Assembly: GCA_963763775.1 (NCBI GenBank)
Contig: CAVXPZ010000003.1
Coordinates: forward strand, 378,131 to 442,130
Source: an uncultured Chloroflexia bacterium
GTDB lineage: Bacteria > Chloroflexota > Limnocylindria > Limnocylindrales > CSP1-4
DNA: 64,000 bases
Reading direction: 5' to 3'
Notes under the pieces: generated by a model
What the model was told of the DNA's origin: nothing
What the model saw: the letters and a program-made list of their open reading frames with translations, nothing else
Database searches by the model: none
Position numbers and translations under genes: made by a program
Shown here: positions 33,803 through 42,360 of the stretch, one piece after another
How positions within the stretch are numbered: position 1 is the stretch's first letter
How the letters are laid out: each line of letters opens with the position of its first letter

Positions 33803-34771
33803 TCAGAACGGCAGGATCGAGCCGAGGTCCGGCAGGACGCCGTCGAGCCCGAAGAGGAAGACGGCGCCGATGATGAGGCTGAAGCAGCCGGCGACGGCGC
33901 CGATCCCGACGTAGATCCGCTCGCGCGTCTGGCTCGCGACGAACCCGACCGAGCTGATCATCACGATCGCGAAGTTCGAGAGCAGCAGGCCGATGACGAA
34001 CGCGAAGAGCATCGGCACCCCGAGCCCGGCACTCGCCGCACCGCCGACCGCGGCGATGAGGAGCACCTGCGTGCCGGTCTCCGCGCCGATCCCGTGGATC
34101 ATGCCGACGCCGAAGGCCGTCCTCGTCCCGTACGAGCTCATCTCGAGCGGCTCGACGTGCTCGTGGCCGTGGAGCCGCGCCTGGAGATGGCGCCAGCCGA
34201 GCCGCATGCCGTCGAACACGAGCATCCACCGGCTCCGGATCCGGAACGACTCGCCGGCCCGTGCGTAGCGGTACACCGAGTAGAGCACCCAGACCCCGAG
34301 CAGGACCAGTGTCAGGCCGACGATCCGACCCATGATCGGGTCGAGCCAGTCGGGGAGGAGCGCGCCGAACGCCAGCGCGGCGAGGCCCAACGCGATGACG
34401 ACGGCCCCGTGTCCGAGGGCGTACAGCGTGCCGAGGCGGATCGCCTCGACCTGCTCGCCGGAGAGGAGTCTCGGGCGGGACCGCGTGATCATCATCGCGG
34501 GGGCGAGCGTCGCCGCGCCCGGGCCGGCGTCGTGGGCCCGCTTCTCGGTGGTGCCGCCGTGGACGTGGTGGTCGCCGGTGACGTCGCGGTGCTGCTCCTG
34601 GTGGGCCGCCTCGGCGACGCCGGCGGCCGCGGCCGTGCTCGTGATGTCGGTGATCGCGGCGATATGGTCCCAGTCGATCCCGTGGCGGATGCCCAGGAGC
34701 AAGCCGGTCACGAGGATGCCGACCGCCGCCGGGTCCAGCATGATCTGCCCGCCGATATCCACCACTCGCAC
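33803..34771 (-). CDS. NicO/NiCoT-type nickel/cobalt transporter
   Basis: RHGIDWDHIAAI (H-x2-D-x-D-H signature), cytoplasmic His-rich loop HQEQHRDVTGDHHVHGG, and MIHGIGAETGTQ. About 8 TM segments. Confidence 0.8.
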   Translation of the reverse strand: MRVVDIGGQIMLDPAAVGILVTGLLLGIRHGIDWDHIAAITDITSTAAAAGVAEAAHQEQHRDVTGDHHVHGGTTEKRAHDAGPGAATLAPAMMITRSRPRLLSGEQVEAIRLGTLYALGHGAVVIALGLAALAFGALLPDWLDPIMGRIVGLTLVLLGVWVLYSVYRYARAGESFRIRSRWMLVFDGMRLGWRHLQARLHGHEHVEPLEMSSYGTRTAFGVGMIHGIGAETGTQVLLIAAVGGAASAGLGVPMLFAFVIGLLLSNFAIVMISSVGFVASQTRERIYVGIGAVAGCFSLIIGAVFLFGLDGVLPDLGSILPF

Positions 34772-34964
34772 CTCCGCTGGTCGCCCTCAGGGTACCGGCG
34801 ACCGCTCGTTGTTGCAACACGTCGCAGTTACGCCCCCGGCCCGCTGGACTCGTCCACCTGGTGATACGAACGGCCACGCCGAGCGGATGCATCGCGGCGG
34901 GATGCTGGCGGAACGCCCGGGTCGGTGATAGCATCCCCGGTCCGAACCGGTGTTCGGCACCTGT

Positions 34965-35340
34965 GGGGATGTGTGGTTTCGACAGGGCTTGGCTACCGGG
35001 GAACGCGAGCCGAGGATGCTGCTCAGGCCTCGTTAATCAGGCAGCAAAACGAAGTACCTGGCAACCGCCAGTCGACTCTCGCCCTCGCTGCTTAGGCAGT
35101 AAGGTGAGCGTGGAAGCGACCTCCGCCTCGCGGGTCGTGGAAGCGTCACTCAGCGAGGCTGCGATCCGGACCAGCGTCACGTAGTCCGGAGTCAAGCCCG
35201 ATCTAGGGGCACGTGACTGGACCGCCCGGCAGAGTGCCGATGCCCGTCCGGGCGGTCGACGACAAACCATCGGACACGCTCGTAGTGGTCTCCGGCGAAG
35301 GGTCCTGGACGGGGAGTTCGACTCTCCCCCATCTCCACCA
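34965..35340 (+). ncRNA. ssrA: tmRNA
   Basis: The 5' end reads GGGGATGTGTGGTTTCGACAGGG and the 3' end reads GGACGGGGAGTTCGACTCTCCCCCATCTCCACCA. The acceptor stem GGGGATG/CATCTCC has the G3:U pair, followed by the T-arm and an encoded CCA. The internal tag frame ends TCGACTCTCGCCCTCGCTGCTTAG, i.e. ...STLALAA stop (35093..35095). Confidence 0.93.
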
Positions 35341-35386
35341 AACACTCCGGCCGGGCGATCCGGTCGGCAGGTGGTGGCCGCTCCGA

Positions 35387-35694
35387 TCAGACCGGCGGCG
35401 GGTCCTTGAGCTCCACGCCGATGACGACGAGGTCGTCCGACCCGGTGTTCTCGATGGTGTGCCGGGGCGTCCCCTCGGAGAACATTACGTGCGGCATGAC
35501 CCAGTCCGGATCCGCGCTCGTGTCGAACATCGTCGCCCCGGTGTCGTCGCGGCGCACGAACCGCGACCCGGAGATATCGGCGTGGTGTCGCCCGCGCGGA
35601 TCGTCGTCTCCAGGACGCGCACTCGTTCATTCTCGAACAGCACCCTGTGGTGGTCCGGCGCGGCCATCGGCCCGTCCTGGTCATCGGGTGGCAT
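35387..35694 (-). pseudogene. Small cupin-fold protein remnant (internal deletion plus frame change)
   Basis: ORF 35485..35694 starts DHHRVLFENERVRVLETTIRAGDTTP. Two nt later another frame reads ISGSRFVRRDDTGATMFDTSADPDWVMPHVMFSEGTPRHTIENTGSDDLVVIGVELK to TGA 35387..35389. The roughly 12 residues that normally carry the HxH metal motif between these blocks are missing. Confidence 0.55.
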
Positions 35695-35756
35695 CGGTGG
35701 TGCTCCTTCGTGACGTCCGTCGCAGCGGCCCCGGGAGAGCCTAGCGGGGTGCCCCC

Positions 35757-36581
35757 TCAGAGGTGCCGCAGGTAGGACTCGGGATCGCGCAGGAAATCGC
35801 GGGTCAGCGTGACGTGTTCGAGGTCCTCGTACGCGACTCGGGCGAGCGGCGCGGCATCGAAGCTCCAGATCGCGGCGTCCGGGAAGGCGAGCAGGATCGG
35901 CGAATGGGTCGCCATCACCACCTGCACGTCTTGGGCGACCATGGCCTTGAGCAGGGAGAGGAACGACAGCTGCCGCGCCGGCGACAGCGGTGCCTCGGGT
36001 TCGTCGAGGAAGTAGATCCCGCCCGGGACGAGCCGCTCCTGGAAGAAGTGCAGGAAGCTCTCGCCGTGCGAACGGGTGTCGAGCCCGTCGCCATACCGCT
36101 CACGAAGCGCGGCGAGCTCGCGAAGCATCGGGCTGCGGGCGAGCGACCGCGCGTAGTCGGACGCATCGGCGAACTCCACGTCGACACGGCGGAGCTCCGC
36201 CTCGAGCCCGGCACGCGTCTCGTCCATCCGCTTCGCGTACCCGAAGAAGTCCTCCGCGCGAAGGAAGAACCCACGGCTCGGCCGCTTCGCCCACGTCAGG
36301 CGGAGATCCGCCGCGAGGGCACGAGCCCCCGACAGGCTGGCGTCCGAGGCGGCCTCCGCGCTCCCGGCGGTGATGGCCCGGGCCGCGACGGCGAGCGCCT
36401 CGAGCAGCGTGGACTTCCCCGAGCCGTTCTCCCCCACGAGGATGGTGACCGGCGCCTCGAACGCGAGCTCGCGGACGCCGCGCAGTGCCGGGAGGTCGAA
36501 CGGGAAGACCGTCGGCTCGTCGACGGCGCGAGCCCGGATCGCGACGCGGCGAAGGTGGATCACGTGCCGATGGTGCCGCAT
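35757..36581 (-). CDS. Stand-alone AAA/ABC-like ATPase (274 aa)
   Basis: Walker A VGENGSGKSTLLEA, Walker B IYFLDEPEAPLSP, and ATHSPILL. Start placed at ATG 36581. Confidence 0.75.
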   Translation of the reverse strand: MRHHRHVIHLRRVAIRARAVDEPTVFPFDLPALRGVRELAFEAPVTILVGENGSGKSTLLEALAVAARAITAGSAEAASDASLSGARALAADLRLTWAKRPSRGFFLRAEDFFGYAKRMDETRAGLEAELRRVDVEFADASDYARSLARSPMLRELAALRERYGDGLDTRSHGESFLHFFQERLVPGGIYFLDEPEAPLSPARQLSFLSLLKAMVAQDVQVVMATHSPILLAFPDAAIWSFDAAPLARVAYEDLEHVTLTRDFLRDPESYLRHL

Positions 36582-36679
36582 CTCGGGTATCGTGGGGCGG
36601 CCCACTCCACCAACCCCACGTCGTTCTGGCACGGACCCGCGCCAGTCCTGCGCAACACCCCCGAGCATCGGGAGGAGCC

Positions 36680-38434
36680 ATGGACCACGAGCCCGTTCTC
36701 ATCACGACCATCGCGGTCGGCCTCGTGGCCGCCTTCATCGGCGGTCTCATCGCGCGGCGCCTCGGGCTCCCGTCGATCGTCGGCTACATCCTCGCCGGCG
36801 TCGTCATCGGGCCGTTCACGCCGGGGCTGATCGCCGACCGCGGGATCGCCACCGAGCTCGCCGAGATCGGGATCATCCTCCTGATGTTCGGCGTGGGCAT
36901 CGAGTTCTCGATCAAGGACCTCCTCGCCGTCCGCGCGATCGCCGTCCCCGGGGCCGTCGTCCAGACGGTCGTGGCGACGCTGCTCGGGATCGGCGTCGGC
37001 GTCGCCCTCGGCTGGGGGATCGGCGGCGGGCTCGTCCTGGGGATCGCGATCTCGGTCGCGAGCACCGTCGTCCTCCTGCGGGCGATGACCGATCGCCAGG
37101 AGCTCTACACCGCACAGGGTCGTATCGCGATCGGCTGGCTCATCGTCGAGGACCTCATGACCGTGGTGGTCCTCGTCGTGCTGCCCAGCATCGCGCCGAT
37201 GCTCGGCGGCATCGAGTCTCCGACGGTCGCCGGCGACCTGGGCCTCGGTGCGGCCGGCGCGCTGCTGCTCGCGATCGGCAAGACCGCCCTCTTCGCGATC
37301 CTCATGGTCGTCGCGGGCGCCCGTCTCGTGCCGTGGCTGCTCACGTTCGTCGCCCGGCAGGGATCGCGCGAGCTGTTCACGCTCGCGGTCCTCGCGATCG
37401 CGCTCGGGATCGCGTTCGTCTCATCGGTCGTCTTCGGCGTGTCGTTCGCGCTCGGGGCATTCCTCGCGGGCGCTGTCGTCGCGGAGTCGGACATGAGCCA
37501 CCAGGCGGCCGCCGACGCCCTGCCGCTCCGGGACGCGTTCGCCGTGCTGTTCTTCGTCTCGGTCGGGATGCTCGTGGACCCGGCGTACCTGCTCGCCAAC
37601 CCGCTGCCGATCGTCGGCGTGCTCCTGGTGATCGTCGTCTCGAAGGCGTTGCTCAAGTTCGTGCTCGTCACGATCGCCGGCTACCCGGTCCGGGTGAGCC
37701 TCACGGTCGCCGCCGGGCTCGCCCAGATCGGCGAGTTCTCGTTCATCCTCGGCACCGTCGGGCTCCAGCTCGGGCTCTTGCCGCCCGACGGCTTCCAGCT
37801 CATCGTGGCGGGCGCCCTGCTGTCCATCACCGTCAACCCGTTCCTGTTCGACGCGATCGGGCCGCTCGAGGCGCGGCTGCGCGGGGCCGCGTGGCTGAAC
37901 CGGTGGCTGGCGTGGCGGGCCGGCGACCTCGCGGTCCTGACGCCGAGCGCCGACGAGATGGGGCTGCGCGGCCACGCCATCCTGTGCGGGTTCGGACGCG
38001 TGGGTCGGATGGTCGGGCCCGCGCTCGACCGGCGCGGGTTCACGTACGTGGTCATCACGCTCCAGCGCCAGGAGGTGGAGCAGCTCCGCGCCCGCGGCAT
38101 CCCGGCCATCTACGGCGACGCGTCGAACCTCGAGATCCTCGAGCGCGCGCATGTGGGCTCAGCGCGGCTCCTCATCGTGGCGAGCTCCGACGCGCAGGCG
38201 TCCTTCCTCATCGTGCAACGGTCCGTGGCGGCCAATCCCGGGATCGACGTCGTCGTCCGGACGCACAGCGACGACGAGGCGGGCCAGCTCCGCGCGCTCG
38301 GCCCGAAGGTGCGGGCGATCCATGGCGAGCGAGAACTCGGCGTCCAGATGGCGCGCTACTCCCTGCGCCGGTTCGGGGTGCCGACCACCGAGGCCGAGGC
38401 GATCGCGCAGGGCCTGCGTCAGCGCGGAGGCTGA
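36680..38434 (+). CDS. CPA2 monovalent cation:proton antiporter with C-terminal RCK/TrkA-N domain (YbaL/KefB-like)
   Basis: ATG 36680 follows GGGAGGAG. TM domain with ELAEIGIILLMFGVGIEF, then an RCK domain with HAILCGFGRVGRMVG. Confidence 0.88.
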   Translation: MDHEPVLITTIAVGLVAAFIGGLIARRLGLPSIVGYILAGVVIGPFTPGLIADRGIATELAEIGIILLMFGVGIEFSIKDLLAVRAIAVPGAVVQTVVATLLGIGVGVALGWGIGGGLVLGIAISVASTVVLLRAMTDRQELYTAQGRIAIGWLIVEDLMTVVVLVVLPSIAPMLGGIESPTVAGDLGLGAAGALLLAIGKTALFAILMVVAGARLVPWLLTFVARQGSRELFTLAVLAIALGIAFVSSVVFGVSFALGAFLAGAVVAESDMSHQAAADALPLRDAFAVLFFVSVGMLVDPAYLLANPLPIVGVLLVIVVSKALLKFVLVTIAGYPVRVSLTVAAGLAQIGEFSFILGTVGLQLGLLPPDGFQLIVAGALLSITVNPFLFDAIGPLEARLRGAAWLNRWLAWRAGDLAVLTPSADEMGLRGHAILCGFGRVGRMVGPALDRRGFTYVVITLQRQEVEQLRARGIPAIYGDASNLEILERAHVGSARLLIVASSDAQASFLIVQRSVAANPGIDVVVRTHSDDEAGQLRALGPKVRAIHGERELGVQMARYSLRRFGVPTTEAEAIAQGLRQRGG

Positions 38435-38435
38435 C

Positions 38436-38459
38436 GCCCGACGACGGACGTCGTCGGGC
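38436..38459 (+). terminator. Hairpin directly after the antiporter stop
   Basis: GCCCGACGAC ggac GTCGTCGGGC (10-bp stem, 4-nt loop), starting 2 nt after the stop. No U tail. Confidence 0.4.
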
Positions 38460-38539
38460 CTATCCGATGCGGACGATGCCGGGATCCACGACACCGCCCG
38501 GACGAGCCGGGCGGCGACAGTGGCGCGGGTGGGCTGGGG

Positions 38540-39577
38540 CTAGGCGCCCGCTCGCGGGACGAGGACGACGCGGCGGTTCGGCTCCTCGCCGATGCTCTGG
38601 GTCGCGACGTCCGGGTTGTCCCGCAGGGTCAGGTGGATCCAACGGCGCTCGAGCGCGGGCATGGGCTCCAGCTGGAGCATCTTGCCGGTCTCGACCACGC
38701 GGGCAGCGGCACGCAGGGCCAGGTCGCGGAGCTGGCGCTCACGACGACCGCGGTAGTCCTCCACGTCGACGAGCACGCGGGTCCACGCGCCCATCTCCTT
38801 GGAGAGCATCAGGTTCACGAGGTGCTGGAGCGCCGAGAGACGCTCGCCCTTGCGGCCGATGAGGGCCCCGAGCGCCTCGCGCTCGTCGCCGTCGCCGACC
38901 ACGTTGAGCCGGCTCGTCTCGCCCGCGGCGACCTCGACCTTCACGTCGAAGCCGAGGTGCGTCATCAGGTGCTCGAGGATCGCCTTACCGGCGGCGAGCG
39001 CCTCGGGCGACGCCTCCGCGGCCTCGAGATCGGCCCGTTCCGCGGCGAGCGAACCGCGCGCGGCCGCGACTTCCGCCGCCTCGGACGCGGTCAGGCCGCC
39101 GGCCGGCTCGCGGCGCGGGGGTCGGTCGTCGCGACGGGGCCCTCGGTCGTCGCGACGCGGGGGACGGTCTTCACGAGGCGCCTGGTCCTGGCGGGGCGCC
39201 TGGTCCTGGCGGGGAGGCCGATCCTCGCGCGGTCGGTCGTCCGACCGAGGTCGGTCGTCATGGCGCGGAGGCCGGTCGTCGCGCCGGGGCGCTCGGTCGT
39301 CGCGGCGGGGCGGGCGGTCGCGGTCCTCACGGTCACGGGGCGGCGCAGCCGGCAGCGGCACGGAGGCGGCCGCCTCCCGCTTGGGCGCGGCGCCACCAAG
39401 GGCGGCGCGGGGCGCGGCGACGATCCGGGCGGGCTCGGCGCCCATCCCCAGGACCCCGCGGCTGCCGGGGGTCAGGATCTCGAAGTCGAGGTCCTCGAGA
39501 CCGGCTCCGAAATCCTCGCGGGCGAGGCGGAGGGCTTCCTCCACGGTCTTGCCCGAGAACTCCTTGTAGGCACTCAT
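38540..39577 (-). CDS. jag: Jag/KhpB RNA-binding protein (Jag_N, KH, R3H) with a long Arg/Asp/Pro-rich insert
   Basis: N-terminus FSGKTVEEALRLAREDFG, KH-like LIGRKGERLSALQHLVNLM, and R3H-like ERRWIHLTLRDNPDVATQSIGEEPNRRVVL. It lies downstream of yidC. Confidence 0.9.
   Translation of the reverse strand: MSAYKEFSGKTVEEALRLAREDFGAGLEDLDFEILTPGSRGVLGMGAEPARIVAAPRAALGGAAPKREAAASVPLPAAPPRDREDRDRPPRRDDRAPRRDDRPPRHDDRPRSDDRPREDRPPRQDQAPRQDQAPREDRPPRRDDRGPRRDDRPPRREPAGGLTASEAAEVAAARGSLAAERADLEAAEASPEALAAGKAILEHLMTHLGFDVKVEVAAGETSRLNVVGDGDEREALGALIGRKGERLSALQHLVNLMLSKEMGAWTRVLVDVEDYRGRRERQLRDLALRAAARVVETGKMLQLEPMPALERRWIHLTLRDNPDVATQSIGEEPNRRVVLVPRAGA
39179..39214. repeat. Exact 18-nt tandem duplication inside jag
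   Basis: cgcctggtcctggcgggg occurs twice in tandem and encodes PRQDQAPRQDQA on the minus strand. It is part of a wider in-frame DDRPPRR-type low-complexity tract (about 39100..39345). Confidence 0.85.
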
Positions 39578-39578
39578 G

Positions 39579-40763
39579 TCAGCGTCGTCTCCCTCGTCGG
39601 CCCTGACGGCCCCGCTCCTTGGGGCGGATCGTCTTGGTGGCCGTCGTCTTCTTGTCGGCGTCTGTCAGGATCGCCGCGCGTTTGCCGGGCTCTGGTGGCG
39701 GTGGCATCTGGACGGGGAATCGGGGCGTATGGCCCACGGCGAACGATGGCGTCCAGCCGAAGATCGGGAACATGCCGCCCCAGCCCACGATCAGGTATTG
39801 CTGGACGATCCCGAAGATCGTCGCCGTGATCCAGTAGAAGAACAGGCCGGCCGGCAGGAAGCCGCCGTACACGATCGAGATCAGGGGCAGGAAGAGCATC
39901 GTCTGCCGCTGGATCTTGGTATTGGGGTCGTCCTCGCCGGACACGACCGGGAGCATCATCCGCGACTGCACGAGCTGCAGCAGTGCCGAGATGATGGCCA
40001 GGATGCTGATCCCGAAGCCGGCGATCGCGAAGATCGTCGAGGGCGCCCCGACGTTGATCGAATGTCCGCCGGGCAGCGGGATGATCGTGTTGATGCACGC
40101 GCCGAGGGCCGCGTCGGGCACCCCGGTGGCGGGGTTGATGTTGACGCAGGCCAGCGGCACGACCTGGTGGCCGAAGACCACCAGCATCGCCGTCGGGTTG
40201 ACGTTGGTCAGCCCGTTCGAGATGACCGAGTACATGATGAACAGGAGCGGCATCTGGAGGAGGAGCGGGAAGCACCCCGAAAGCGGGTTGATGCCGCGCT
40301 CCTTGAAGAGCTCCTGCTGTGCGACCCGGGCCTTCACCGAGTCGCCCTTGTACCGCTTCTGGATCTCCTTGATCTCGGGCTGGAGCAGCTGCATCCGTCG
40401 CTGCGAGGTGAGCTGCTTGCGCACGAGAGGGATCACCGCGCTTCGGACGATGATCGTCAGCATGACGATGGCGAGGCCGATCGCCGCCGGCAGGCTCAAC
40501 GCGGTGAACAGGTCGTAGAAGGCGACCAGGACGATGAACATCACCTGGAAGATCGGCGTGAAGAGCCACGCGATCGTGCTGACGGGGTCCGTCCCGGGCG
40601 TCGCCGGCTCGAGCGGCGGGTGTGGGGTCGGTGACGGGGTCACGACGGGCGAGGCACCGGGCGACCCGGTTGCCAGGCCCTGGCACGCGACGAGGATGAT
40701 CGGCACCACGACGAGCAGCAGGAGCGGCCCGAACGGGATTCCCCTGAGGCGGGAGCGAATCAC
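39579..40763 (-). CDS. yidC: Membrane protein insertase YidC (short, lipoprotein-type)
   Basis: Lipobox-like LVAC near the N-terminus, then IVRSAVIPLVRKQ, MQLLQPEIKEIQKRYK, GINPLSGCFPLLLQMPLL, and a basic C-terminal tail. Confidence 0.93.
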   Translation of the reverse strand: MIRSRLRGIPFGPLLLLVVVPIILVACQGLATGSPGASPVVTPSPTPHPPLEPATPGTDPVSTIAWLFTPIFQVMFIVLVAFYDLFTALSLPAAIGLAIVMLTIIVRSAVIPLVRKQLTSQRRMQLLQPEIKEIQKRYKGDSVKARVAQQELFKERGINPLSGCFPLLLQMPLLFIMYSVISNGLTNVNPTAMLVVFGHQVVPLACVNINPATGVPDAALGACINTIIPLPGGHSINVGAPSTIFAIAGFGISILAIISALLQLVQSRMMLPVVSGEDDPNTKIQRQTMLFLPLISIVYGGFLPAGLFFYWITATIFGIVQQYLIVGWGGMFPIFGWTPSFAVGHTPRFPVQMPPPPEPGKRAAILTDADKKTTATKTIRPKERGRQGRRGRRR

Positions 40764-40778
40764 AGGCCGAACGCCTCG

Positions 40779-40997
40779 CTAGCGGACCGGGTCATACCCA
40801 CCCGGGTTCCAGGGGTGGCAGCGGGCGATCCGCTTCGCGCCCATCCAACTGCCCTTCAGGAGACCGTATTTCGTGATCGCCTGCTCCGTGTAGCGGGAGC
40901 AGGTGGGCTCGAACCGACAGCTCGACGGCAGCCAGAAGAACACGACCCGGTAGAGCCTGATGAGCCCGACCCCGATGGCCTTGTCGATCCGCATCAC
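40779..40997 (-). CDS. yidD: Membrane protein insertion efficiency factor YidD
   Basis: [19 protein letters not shown] and [12 protein letters not shown]. Confidence 0.93.
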   Translation of the reverse strand: MMRIDKAIGVGLIRLYRVVFFWLPSSCRFEPTCSRYTEQAITKYGLLKGSWMGAKRIARCHPWNPGGYDPVR

Positions 40998-41326
40998 GCG
41001 ACTGGTCCTCCGAGCGCGCCGCCCTTGATCAGGATGCGGCGCAGAGCCCCGACCAGCACGTCGTGATCGACTTCGACGATCGCCGGCCGGGCGATGATGA
41101 GGACGTCCCAGCCGGGCTGGAACGCGGGCGCCATCGCCCTGAGCGTCTCGCGGAGACGGCGCCGGACACGGTTCCGGATCACGGCGCCGCCGAGCTTGCG
41201 CCCGGTCGACAATCCGAAACGGGTCGTCTCGAGGTCCGTCCGCAGGAACCGGGCAGTGAACAGCGGGTGGGACTTGGTCGTCCCCGATCCCCCGATCGCC
41301 GCGAAGTCCTGCGGGCGAGAGAGCAT
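40994..41326 (-). CDS. rnpA: RNase P protein component
   Basis: [17 protein letters not shown] (RNR motif) within 110 aa from ATG 41326. It overlaps the yidD start by 4 nt. Confidence 0.9.
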   Translation of the reverse strand: MLSRPQDFAAIGGSGTTKSHPLFTARFLRTDLETTRFGLSTGRKLGGAVIRNRVRRRLRETLRAMAPAFQPGWDVLIIARPAIVEVDHDVLVGALRRILIKGGALGGPVA

Positions 41327-41361
41327 CACGAGCCGCGGCGGGTTTGGGCCGCGCTCCGTCG

Positions 41362-41496
41362 TCAGGCCGTCAGCTTCTTTCGACCACGCGCGCGTCGGGC
41401 CGCCAGGACACGTCGACCCGCGGTCGTCTTCATCCGGGCGCGAAAGCCGTGCTCCTTGGCGCGATGGCGCTTCTTGGGCTGGTAGGTCTGCTTCAT
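41362..41496 (-). CDS. rpmH: 50S ribosomal protein L34
   Basis: [44 protein letters not shown] (44 aa). Confidence 0.97.
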   Translation of the reverse strand: MKQTYQPKKRHRAKEHGFRARMKTTAGRRVLAARRARGRKKLTA

Positions 41497-41611
41497 GGGG
41501 CTTGGTCCGGGATCCTCTCCATCCGGCCTCGGGGCGGTGTCGGTTTCGACCCCTAGAGGCACGCAAACGCGCCCGGCGCCCGAAAGCGCGGAGCGCGTCG
41601 TCGTCCGGCGG

Positions 41612-41641
41612 ATGATACGGCCCGTTCGGAAGGGGTGTCAA
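41612..41641 (-). promoter_or_regulatory. Candidate rpmH promoter
   Basis: On the minus strand: TTGACA (41641..41636), an 18-nt spacer, then TATCAT (41617..41612), about 115 nt upstream of rpmH. Confidence 0.45.
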
Positions 41642-42360
41642 TCGCGCGTGGGGACGCGCGGGCGGACCGGACGCCGCGGTCGTCGTTCCGATCGCGTTTC
41701 GCGGCGGGGCGGGTCGCGGTGCGCGCAGGGGTGCCGTTCGGTTAGGACTCCCAGTCTTATGGTCTGCACTATCAAGCTGATACGGCTTGCCCTCGGCCCC
41801 TTGGATGCATCCTGGCTGCATCGACCGGGTGGCGACGGGCGTCGGCGAGGGTCGTTGCCGCTCCGTAGCGGCGATCCTAAGACTGCCATTCCTATCCTGG
41901 TGCCGAAACGCCTTGGGTCGGCCGGCCGGGTCGGCACGGCCCAGACTGGCGCCATGCGCTCAGGGGGACCGGCGTCGCGGGCGTGGTCCCGAGCGAGCCA
42001 CCTGGGACGACGTGACCGGACCTCATCCGGTGCCGGCCGACGCTCGGTCCGAGCCTCGAACCGGCCACGGCACCGGGGCGGTATCGGTCCACGCCGGTGG
42101 TCACGCTCGGATACTCCCCAGGGGTATTGCAGGATCGCCTTGCGACGGCGCGACGGCCGGTGCTATCCTCTCCGAGCCCTTCGGCGCCGGGACGCCAACG
42201 GGAGGCCCGGGAACCCCCAGGACATCCGGGACCCGGGAGCGCGTATCGCCCGGTCTGCCGAGGCCATTCGAGATCGCTCGCGTGCCCGCGGCCCCTCGCA
42301 GGTCCCTGGTCAAGGCTACCCATCAACCGTTCCCCGATAGCGACAGGTCCGATCGAACGA

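Noticed and set aside
34812-34828. TTGCAA-cacgt-cGCAgt upstream of the Ni transporter as a possible Nur/Fur box
   Set aside because: Only one half-site is good, and the second half matches 3-4 of 6 positions with uncertain spacing. This is too weak to call from sequence alone.
36601-36615. cccactccaccaacc resembling the tmRNA 3' end (cccatctccaccaaac) as a possible attR
   Set aside because: The exact identity is only 9 nt (ctccaccaa), which is expected by chance in a window of this size. No integrase was found.
39100-39345. Short direct repeats that could be taken for a CRISPR-like or minisatellite array
   Set aside because: The repeats are contiguous without spacers, in frame, and encode the low-complexity linker of jag.
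41495-42340. 281-aa ORF, plus ORFs 41787..42398 and 41892..42326, filling the rpmH-dnaA spacer
   Set aside because: All three are Arg/Gly/Pro-rich, mutually overlapping and without recognisable motifs. They are treated as non-coding spacer.
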